A stretch of 47,415 bases of DNA from the NCBI GenBank assembly GCA_964564295.1, contig CAZMBS010000004.1:1-47415 (forward strand), in the 5' to 3' direction. The stretch's first letter is position 1. Each line of letters starts with the position of its first letter. A program made the translations under genes and the position numbers. Positions 1 through 6,613 of this stretch are shown here, in pieces. The notes under the pieces are model-generated. The model had not been told where the DNA came from and searched no databases. It saw nothing but the letters and a program-made list of their open reading frames with translations. This DNA comes from an uncultured Streptomycetaceae bacterium (GTDB lineage Bacteria; Pseudomonadota; Gammaproteobacteria; Burkholderiales; SG8-41).

Positions 1-55
1 GAGCAGCCCCCTCCTAAGGGGCAGGTCGGACGTTCGATTCGTCTTCGGGGCGCCA
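1..55 (+). tRNA. tRNA-Arg (anticodon CCT), 3' portion only; the 5' part lies left of the window
   Basis: Hand fold: anticodon stem GCCCC(6-10)/GGGGC(18-22); loop CTCCTAA with CCT at 13-15; 5-nt variable loop; T arm GGACG-TTCGATT-CGTCT (28-44); acceptor 3' strand TCGGGGC; discriminator G; encoded CCA at 53-55. Confidence 0.8.
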
Positions 56-140
56 TCAAATTAAAGGCGCACACCCGGTAGACGTACGCCTTCTCCGTTC
101 GTATGCTGACGTGCCGGCAGCGAATCCGATTTCCCAGGTG
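35..140 (+). repeat. Direct repeat copy A: tRNA-Arg 3' end (T loop to CCA) plus about 85 nt downstream (att-like)
   Basis: Ungapped manual alignment of 35-125 against 2268-2358 gives 82/91 identical. The first 23 nt (CGATTCGTCTTCGGGGCGCCATC) are identical. CAGGT is shared again after a 3-nt indel. Confidence 0.85.
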
Positions 141-175
141 ATCAACGCGTCAGCCCGCCGCACGACGGACGCAAG

Positions 176-206
176 AAAAGGGGCTTCGCGACCCCTTCTC
201 TCTTTT
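176..206. terminator. GC hairpin with flanking A-run and T-rich tract; probable bidirectional intrinsic terminator
   Basis: AAAAGGGG-CTTCGCGA-CCCCTTCTCTCTTTT. On the minus strand the stem is followed by TTTTCTT directly after the stop of the 217-1203 gene. On the plus strand it follows the tRNA. Confidence 0.5.
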
Positions 207-216
207 CCCTTCCCGC

Positions 217-1203
217 CTATTCCTTGACGATCTTCAAATACCGCATGACCTTGCTCAACTCCGCATGCTGCTCGTCAAGAAATATGCGCATCTCCGCGGG
301 GCCGCGGTAACGGACTTCAAGCTGGCTTTTCGCCGCAACCGTGCGGAACTCCTCGCTTTCCGCAACCTGCTGGAACACGCGGCCCCAATACGCCGTCTGT
401 GCGGGCGCCAGTTTCCGCGCGCCGATCATGCCGCGCCAGTTCTCGAACACACCACGCATGCCCAGCTCCTCCCACGTGGGCACGTTCGCGAAAACGCCGC
501 CCAGCCGCTTGGTGGTGCTCACGGCGATCGGGGTAACGGCGCCTTGCTCCGCTTGCCGCACGACGCTTACGGTGCTGGCGACCGCCACATCCACGTGTCC
601 GCCCATCAGCGCCGTCAATGCCTCGCTTGACGAGTTGAAAGCGACCAGCTTGATTCTGCCGACATCCACACCCGCCGATTGCAAGGGCAAACCCAATGCA
701 ATATGCGTGGTACTACCGAGCGCATTGCCCAGCGCCACCGTCACCGACTCCGGTTTCTCCTTGAGCAGCTGGATCAATTGAGCCGCCGACTTGACCGAAG
801 ATCCCGCCTTGACCGCGAACGCAATATATTCGGTTGTCAGTATCGCAAGGGGCGTCAGTTCACGATGCTCCGCCGGCAATCGGCCCGTGATCTGCCCGGT
901 CACCAACGTTGGCGACGTAATGCTGACAAAGTGCGGATCGCCGGAACGCTGCGCGAGATAGCTGTACGCCACCGCGTGGCCGCCGCCGGATTTGTTGGCT
1001 ATGGTGGAAACCGGGACGAGTTTCAGGGACTCCCAGATACGCGCCACAGCGCGCGCGCTGAAGTCGAGAGACCCTCCGGCCGTTGCCGGCACGATCAGTT
1101 CCACCTGCTTTCCGGGGCTCCAATCCTGCGCCTGCGCAGAAAATGCCATGACCGCCATCAGAAAAACACCCGCCTCCAGCATTTTGTTCACCGTCACTTT
1201 CAT
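217..1203 (-). CDS. Bug/TctC-family tripartite tricarboxylate transporter substrate-binding protein
   Basis: 328-aa ORF with a signal peptide (..AFSAQA). Bug-family sequence pattern (VPATAGGSLD, NKSGGGHAVA). Size is typical for the family. Confidence 0.85.
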   Translation of the reverse strand: MKVTVNKMLEAGVFLMAVMAFSAQAQDWSPGKQVELIVPATAGGSLDFSARAVARIWESLKLVPVSTIANKSGGGHAVAYSYLAQRSGDPHFVSITSPTLVTGQITGRLPAEHRELTPLAILTTEYIAFAVKAGSSVKSAAQLIQLLKEKPESVTVALGNALGSTTHIALGLPLQSAGVDVGRIKLVAFNSSSEALTALMGGHVDVAVASTVSVVRQAEQGAVTPIAVSTTKRLGGVFANVPTWEELGMRGVFENWRGMIGARKLAPAQTAYWGRVFQQVAESEEFRTVAAKSQLEVRYRGPAEMRIFLDEQHAELSKVMRYLKIVKE

Positions 1204-1230
1204 TGCCGCTCCTCTCGCCCGGTTGTCGTT

Positions 1231-2112
1231 TCAGCTTTCCGTCATCGCCACATGCCTGTTCGCGCTCAAATCATGAATTTCCTTGTAGCGCTCGCTGACC
1301 ATACGGTGATGCGCCACCGCGTCCGCAGACAACTCCGCCTGCGGCGCGGTCTCATGATCGTAATGCCCGAAGGTATCGGTACCGCGCACCAATGACACAT
1401 GATCGCGGGGCAGTCCGGGCAACGGCTTCAAACTCGCGGGAATGTATCGAACGGCAAAACCGATACGACGGTCGTTCCCGAGATTTTCGTCGGACGCATG
1501 AAAAATCAGCCCATGATGCAGCGACATTTCGCCGATGGCGAGCTCCATGTACACGGCATCGCCTTCATTGACGTCCACGGCAATTTCCTGCCCGCGCTGC
1601 AGCATGCTGCTTTTTTTCCCCTCCTGATGACGCACCAGTTTGCGGTGCGTACCCGGCACCACCTTCGTGACACCCGATACGCGCGGAGCCGGCGTAATCG
1701 CCACCCATGCCGTAACGACGGTCTGCGAGACGTCGAGCCCCCAATAGGTCAGATCCTGATGCCAGGCGAGCGTCCCGCCATCGTTCGGATCTTTCATGAA
1801 CAGCCGCGACGACCAGCAAAGAATGTCGGGACCGATGATGTCCTCCACCGGGTCGAGAATGCAGGGGTCGCGAATCACCGCGTCCAGCCAGGGAAACAAC
1901 AGATGCGGCTTGAGCAATACGTGTCGCGGCAACGCGCCTCCGTTCATGCGTTCGACACGCTCGATTTCCCGCCGCAATGCGGCGGCTCGATCCCGCCCGA
2001 TGGACGGCACCGGCGACAGATACCCCCGTGTATCAAACGCCGCGCGTGCGTCCGCGCTCAAAACCTTACCCGGCGCCCATCCCTCTTCCCTGACCGCCTG
2101 ACCCTGTTGCAT
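1231..2112 (-). CDS. Phytanoyl-CoA dioxygenase (PhyH) family Fe(II)/2-oxoglutarate oxygenase
   Basis: 293-aa ORF with WHQDLTYW and a later HHGLIFHAS His motif typical of PhyH. 27-nt gap to the downstream Bug gene, so probably an operon. Confidence 0.8.
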   Translation of the reverse strand: MQQGQAVREEGWAPGKVLSADARAAFDTRGYLSPVPSIGRDRAAALRREIERVERMNGGALPRHVLLKPHLLFPWLDAVIRDPCILDPVEDIIGPDILCWSSRLFMKDPNDGGTLAWHQDLTYWGLDVSQTVVTAWVAITPAPRVSGVTKVVPGTHRKLVRHQEGKKSSMLQRGQEIAVDVNEGDAVYMELAIGEMSLHHGLIFHASDENLGNDRRIGFAVRYIPASLKPLPGLPRDHVSLVRGTDTFGHYDHETAPQAELSADAVAHHRMVSERYKEIHDLSANRHVAMTES

Positions 2113-2267
2113 CCTGCCTCCCCAGTAATGTTACGCACGCCCATCGACGCGCCGACCTGCTCGCTCTCAAGGCCGAAACCAATTTATTTGCGATAGCATA
2201 TTGCATTTGGCTGTGTCGGTAGCAGCAGTGGGAATTTCAGATGCAGAATCCGGCACTCGGAGGGTTA

Positions 2268-2376
2268 CGATTCGTCTTCGGGGCGCCATCGAATCCATGG
2301 CGCACACCCGGTGGACGTACGCGTTCCCCGTTCGTATGCTGGAGTGCCGGCAGCGAATTCATTCACGCGCCAGGTC
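2268..2376 (+). repeat. Direct repeat copy B: tRNA-Arg 3' fragment plus downstream sequence; no 5' tRNA half (att-like scar)
   Basis: See copy A. No GCCCCGA acceptor 5' strand in the 80 nt upstream, so it is a fragment and not a second tRNA gene. Confidence 0.85.
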
Positions 2377-2568
2377 GAGTTGTCGAACGGACTTGAGGGG
2401 CGGAGTGCTGCCGGGGTTGGGGGATGGGTTGTGCCTGTGCACACATACAGGATGTTAACGCAAGTCATTGAAATAAAACAATTTGCGTGCCAAGCGCGAC
2501 CGGGTTATCCGGCACTTCTGACGTGTAAATCTAGTTATGCCGGTTAGCCACTGGAACATGGAGAACAA

Positions 2569-2931
2569 ATGGCTGCCACCTCAGCTTTAGCAGCAGTATC
2601 GAAACTACGTTGGTCGAAGATCCTTACTTTGGGCACGCAAATCGCCTGCGCCGCGAAGGATATTTATGACAAGTGGTCTTCCAAGTCGAGGCCACCACCT
2701 ATTGACCCGCACGCCGAAGTGAAAACCCAACTCGCAGCTATCACAAAGCGAATTGAGAATCTTGCGGCGACCGAGACCGATCAAGTAAGGGTTATGAAGG
2801 AGATCGCTGATCAACTCCAACACATTTCTGTTGCCGTCGGTCACCTTTCAGCACGTTGCACGGCACTCATGTGGGCAACAGGCACCTCGGCGTTGCTGTC
2901 CTGCATTGCGATCGTGCTGACCATCCGATGA
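2569..2931 (+). CDS. Hypothetical small tail-anchored membrane protein (coiled-coil middle, single C-terminal TM helix)
   Basis: 120-aa ORF with SD GGAGA 5 nt upstream of the ATG. C-terminal hydrophobic stretch ALMWATGTSALLSCIAIVLTI. No recognisable family. Lies in the AT-richer islet. Confidence 0.6.
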   Translation: MAATSALAAVSKLRWSKILTLGTQIACAAKDIYDKWSSKSRPPPIDPHAEVKTQLAAITKRIENLAATETDQVRVMKEIADQLQHISVAVGHLSARCTALMWATGTSALLSCIAIVLTIR

Positions 2932-3018
2932 ATTCCGAGCGGCATAACCTGCTGCTGCGCCGGACGCGCAGCCGTTCTGCCGCGCGCCGGTAAGCGCGAC
3001 GTTGAGCGGATCGCACAC

Positions 3019-3840
3019 GTGTTCCGAGAACTGCAAACGATGGCGTACTACGAAACATACTACTACGCCTATGTTATCGATAATGTACTCAAGGAAACAG
3101 TGCCGTTTCTGCGGAACCTTAACGACTGGCACGAGGACCGCGAGAGCTCTCTCCTGCCAACTCCGTTCCCGAAGTGGAGCATTCTTCACGATCTGGCGGA
3201 GCACATAATCCGATCGTTGGCATACGAGCATATCGATGACATTGCGATTGATGGAGTCGTGGTCAAGGGTCATGACCTGTGGATAGACGAAGCGCTTCGG
3301 CATCACGGATTCTCCGTCCCGGGGTTTAAGGCATGGCTGAAAGAACGTGGGACGAAACTTGGTGACATCACCGAAGACGATGCTAGTGAGTACTACTCCG
3401 ATCTCTTCGAAAGCGGCGAGTTAGCTGACCTCCTTGAGCATTTGGCCAATGAGGTCTTCTTTCTCCTCTTTTCCAACCGCTCCCTGCTCGCGCATTTAAA
3501 TCACTATGCCTCCGCAGCACTGTCACATGTTGAGCCGCAAACAGTCGAAGAGAAACATCGACGACATTTGGCCTCGGTAGGTGTGTTACGGCGGGTCGCA
3601 ATACCGGAGTGGGCCAGACGTGCTGTTTACTTCCGTGATCGGGGTAGGTGCGTCGCCTGCAATCGCGACCTTACTGGACTGGTATCCCTGCAGAACGATG
3701 ATCATTTTGACCACATCATTCCGCTTCAGAAAAGCGGCTTGAATGACGTAACGAACCTTCAGTTGCTTTGCGCACAGTGCAATCTCAAAAAAGGATCAAA
3801 GGTCGTTGGCACTTGGAACAAGTATGAGCGTTGGTACTAG
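3019..3840 (+). CDS. HNH endonuclease-domain protein with an unrecognised, roughly 195-aa acidic and helical N-terminal domain
   Basis: C-terminal CVAC..DHFDHIIP..NDVTNLQLLCAQCNLKKG (aa about 197-260, nt about 3607-3798) is a CxxC/H-N-N HNH zinc-finger motif. The GTG at 3019 is the maximal start; the ATG at 3040 is an alternative. Confidence 0.8.
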   Translation: MFRELQTMAYYETYYYAYVIDNVLKETVPFLRNLNDWHEDRESSLLPTPFPKWSILHDLAEHIIRSLAYEHIDDIAIDGVVVKGHDLWIDEALRHHGFSVPGFKAWLKERGTKLGDITEDDASEYYSDLFESGELADLLEHLANEVFFLLFSNRSLLAHLNHYASAALSHVEPQTVEEKHRRHLASVGVLRRVAIPEWARRAVYFRDRGRCVACNRDLTGLVSLQNDDHFDHIIPLQKSGLNDVTNLQLLCAQCNLKKGSKVVGTWNKYERWY

Positions 3841-3866
3841 CGTGTTGGAACCCTACAGAGGACGCC

Positions 3867-3980
3867 ATGACGCGCCTCGCCTCCATCAAGTTCCGGGGGT
3901 GGCACCGTTGGCTACCACGTTCGCGCGGCCCCGCTACGCCGTCCAAAAAACTCTGCGTTAGCCGTTACCAAACGCCGTGA
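3867..3980 (+). CDS. Unlisted 37-codon ORF encoding a very basic peptide (MTRLASIKFRGWHRWLPRSRGPATPSKKLCVSRYQTP), coupled to the next gene
   Basis: ATG preceded by AGAGGA (SD) at 4-nt spacing. Its TGA overlaps the GTG start of the 3977 gene (GTGA). The 3977 gene has no SD of its own. The ORF is too short for the track. Confidence 0.35.
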   Translation: MTRLASIKFRGWHRWLPRSRGPATPSKKLCVSRYQTP

Positions 3981-4693
3981 AAAATCAGTACGTCGGTGAC
4001 ATAAACGATTATCGGAAGTACGGCCTGATTCGAACCCTCACCGGGGAAGGCGAGCTTACGTGCGGCGTCTGCTGGATGTTGACGCCCGACGACGGCCGGA
4101 CTGACGGACGATTCCTGAGCTATCTGGATAAACCAGAGACATGGAGGAACTTCGACCCGAAAACCTTCGACGCGATGCGCGAAATAGTCCACGACCACAG
4201 ACGGCGCGACGTGTCATTGGTGGAGGACTCGGGTATTTTGCCTGGCGCCGCATTCTTTGCGCCCGTCCTCGATGAGGATCGCAAAAAGCGCGTCAAATAT
4301 TTCGCTGAAGCAAACACTGCTCTCCGCGACGCGCAGCTATTATTCTTTGATCCCGACAATGGACTCGAAGTGCCGTCAGTACCTGTCGGCCGAAAGCGTT
4401 CGCAAAAGTATCTCTATTGGGCAGATCTTCGGACGTTTCTCTCGGACAATTGCTCGCTCCTGATCTACCAGCATTTCCCACGGGAGGAACGTCACGCCTA
4501 CATCCGGCGCCGGGCGGCCGAGATTGCAAAGCCCTTTAGCCAAGTGTGCGTCTACTCGTTTCAAACCGACCATGTCGTCTTCTTCCTCGTCATTCAGGCG
4601 TCGTCGATGCGCCAATATTTTCGGTGTCGCGTCGAAAAGCTTGAGCGCAGTTGGAAAAGCCAATTCCAAGTGAAATGTCATGGTAACGGCTGA
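3977..4693 (+). CDS. Hypothetical protein with remote RlmJ-like features (N-terminal GDINDYRKYGL; FFDPDNG at aa 123-129)
   Basis: 238-aa ORF with a GTG start. By eye, GDxxDYxKYGL resembles RlmJ HAGNHADVLKH, FFDPDNG sits where RlmJ has IDPPYE, and LIYQHFP resembles ALWYP. This is weak and recalled from memory, so function is unknown. Confidence 0.6.
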   Translation: MKNQYVGDINDYRKYGLIRTLTGEGELTCGVCWMLTPDDGRTDGRFLSYLDKPETWRNFDPKTFDAMREIVHDHRRRDVSLVEDSGILPGAAFFAPVLDEDRKKRVKYFAEANTALRDAQLLFFDPDNGLEVPSVPVGRKRSQKYLYWADLRTFLSDNCSLLIYQHFPREERHAYIRRRAAEIAKPFSQVCVYSFQTDHVVFFLVIQASSMRQYFRCRVEKLERSWKSQFQVKCHGNG

Positions 4694-4840
4694 CAACACA
4701 CCTCACGCGGCTAGTGAGGAACCGCCGAGCCAATCCGAATGCCCACTGGCGCGCACGCCAGCGGGCGTGTACGATCGTCGTCACGAAATGCACGCGCGCC
4801 GCCAGTTCCTGTCGCTGATCAGGGCAGTGGTGGCGATGTA

Positions 4841-4915
4841 ATGGAGGTGCGGTAAGGCGTTTAGGAACTGCGGATCGATTTCGGATTACGCGTTGCGCGC
4901 AAGCTCTCGGAGTAA
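4841..4915 (+). pseudogene. Decayed remnant of an addiction-module killer (RelE/ParE-like, HI1419-type) toxin gene
   Basis: In-frame reading gives MEVR* GV* ELRIDFGLRVARKLSE*. MEVR matches the toxin N-terminus (MIEVR..). GV-ELRIDFG matches the conserved GVSELRIDYGPGYR core. The terminal TAA overlaps the antitoxin ATG (TAATG). There are two in-frame stops and large internal deletions. Confidence 0.6.
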
Positions 4916-5220
4916 TGTTAATGGCCAAAACAGCAACCACTCGCTACGACGTCGCCGAACATCTGAGGACTCCCGAGGAAATGGCCGCATACCTTGAGGC
5001 CTGCTTTGAAGAAGCCAACGGCGATGCGGCTTTTATCGCGAAGGCCCTCGGCAACATCGCGCGCGCGAAAGGCATGGCGCAGGTGGCGCGCGATTCCGGA
5101 CTTTCTCGAGAGAGCCTTTACAAAGCACTTTCAGGAGAGCGCAGCCCCGACTTCGACACGATACTCAAGGTAATGGGCGCGTTGGGGCTCACGTTGCACG
5201 CCGAAGCCACCCACCGCTAG
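4915..5220 (+). CDS. Addiction-module antidote protein (HigA-family HTH antitoxin), apparently orphaned
   Basis: 101-aa ORF. TTRYDVAEHLRTPEEMAAYLEA..GNIARAKGMAQVARDSGLSRESLYKALS is the typical pattern of the putative addiction-module antidote family. Confidence 0.85.
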   Translation: MLMAKTATTRYDVAEHLRTPEEMAAYLEACFEEANGDAAFIAKALGNIARAKGMAQVARDSGLSRESLYKALSGERSPDFDTILKVMGALGLTLHAEATHR

Positions 5221-5258
5221 CCGGACGTGCGAAATAGAAAAAGCTCCGCGGTCGGCGT

Positions 5259-5300
5259 GGAAATATCATTAAGTGATTGTTTTTAAACAAGAATATTTCC
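5259..5300. repeat. Nested AT-rich inverted repeat: GGAAATAT-N10-TTGTTT-TT-AAACAA-GA-ATATTTCC
   Basis: Outer 8-bp arms (5259-5266 / 5293-5300) and inner 6-bp arms (5277-5282 / 5285-5290) are perfect reverse complements. Sits in non-coding DNA at the islet's right side. Confidence 0.7.
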
Positions 5301-5458
5301 TACGAACCCGCCACCGGCAACCGCCCGAGAACCTCGGCAGTCGGTGCCTGGCCGCTGCTTCCAACTCTCCGGGCGCGGGCGCAACGTCCTGTAGCGGAGA
5401 CGGTTCACAAAACCCGCGGATGCAGGTAGTCTAAAAAGAAACGGGCTGGAGGAAGAAC

Positions 5459-5695
5459 ATGTTCGCGATCGTAGCCAAAGCCGACGGGGTTCCGGTGTGC
5501 CGCAAAGTGGAAGGGGTGACACCGGACCCGGTGGTAACGTGGGTCTCGCAGGCAAAGGCATCGGCATTCATCTCTTCGAAAGGACTGGATGCCGACTACC
5601 AGGTGTCTCCGCTGACGGACGACAACCTCGCAAAAATGGCCGCGGCGCTGGGATGCAATGCCGACGCCATTCAATTCGAGGTTTACCCGGGATAA
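5459..5695 (+). CDS. Hypothetical small protein (78 aa)
   Basis: ORF with a strong SD (GGAGGA, 6-nt spacing). No recognisable motif. Confidence 0.5.
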   Translation: MFAIVAKADGVPVCRKVEGVTPDPVVTWVSQAKASAFISSKGLDADYQVSPLTDDNLAKMAAALGCNADAIQFEVYPG

Positions 5696-5699
5696 CGCT

Positions 5700-6539
5700 C
5701 TACCACCGCAACGCCACCACACCGGCGGCGACCAGCGCCGCGCCGGCCACGCGCCAGCCGCCGAAACGCTCCTTCAGCACCACGGCGCCGATAATCGCCG
5801 CGAACACGACCGAGGTTTCCCGCAGCGCCGCCACCGCGGCGACCGGCGCCCGCGTCATCGCCCACAACGCGATCACGTAGGACCCGACCATCAGCACGCC
5901 GCATCCCGCGCCTCTCGCCCAATGCGCGCGCGCGTGCGCGACGAGGCCGCGCGCATCGCGAAAAAGTCCATACGCCGCGATCGGAATCGCATGCAGCAGA
6001 AACAGCCACAGGCCATACGTGACGGGACTGCCGGACAGCCGCGCCCCCATGCCGTCGACCAGCGTATAGGCCGCGATCACGACGGCGGTGGATAACGCCG
6101 CGATCGTCCCCTTGCCGGGCCGCGCAACGCCGTTCGCGCCGATCAGCGCCGGCAGCATGATTCCGGAAGCGATGCACACGATGCCGGCGAGGCCCGCCGG
6201 CGACAGCCGCTCGTCCAGCACCGCGATACCGGTAAGCGCCACCAGCAGCGGCGCGAAACCGCGCATGATCGTGTAGGCCTGCGACAGGTCGCCCAGCCGG
6301 TACGCCTGCGCGACACCGGCGAAGTAAATCACCTGCAGCACCATGGACGTCAGCAGCCACGGCACGCACGCGGCATGGACCGGCGGCAGCAGCGGCAGCG
6401 CCACCACGGCCATGACCGCCGCCGCCACGTTCATGCCGACGATATCGAACAGCCGCGCGCGGCTGCCCTTCAGCAGCGCGTTCCAGCACGCATGAAAAAG
6501 CGCCCCGAGCAGCACCCACGCGGTCACATCGGCCGGCAT
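5700..6539 (-). CDS. EamA/DMT-family transporter
   Basis: Polytopic hydrophobic ORF with a duplicated EamA-like pattern. Start placed at MPADVTAW (internal Met of the 5700-6587 ORF); 6587 is the maximal start. Confidence 0.8.
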   Translation of the reverse strand: MPADVTAWVLLGALFHACWNALLKGSRARLFDIVGMNVAAAVMAVVALPLLPPVHAACVPWLLTSMVLQVIYFAGVAQAYRLGDLSQAYTIMRGFAPLLVALTGIAVLDERLSPAGLAGIVCIASGIMLPALIGANGVARPGKGTIAALSTAVVIAAYTLVDGMGARLSGSPVTYGLWLFLLHAIPIAAYGLFRDARGLVAHARAHWARGAGCGVLMVGSYVIALWAMTRAPVAAVAALRETSVVFAAIIGAVVLKERFGGWRVAGAALVAAGVVALRW

Positions 6540-6613
6540 GGCCGCTATCCTAGCCCGCGCGCCGCACCGGCGACACCGGACGGACACGGGCGACGCACGC
6601 GGTCAACAACCGT

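Noticed and set aside
2201-2547. Three short ORFs (85, 67 and 78 aa) covering the second copy of the tRNA-derived repeat.
   Set aside because: They overlap each other on both strands and sit on sequence duplicated from the tRNA 3' end and its non-coding flank. They have no SD and implausible composition.
4376-4940. Minus-strand ORFs (107 and 116 aa) inside and after the 3977 gene, considered as a possible toxin partner for the HigA-like antitoxin.
   Set aside because: They are on the wrong strand for the canonical toxin-antitoxin operon, overlap the 3977 gene antisense, and have no RelE/ParE-like motifs. The true toxin remnant is visible on the plus strand at 4841-4915.
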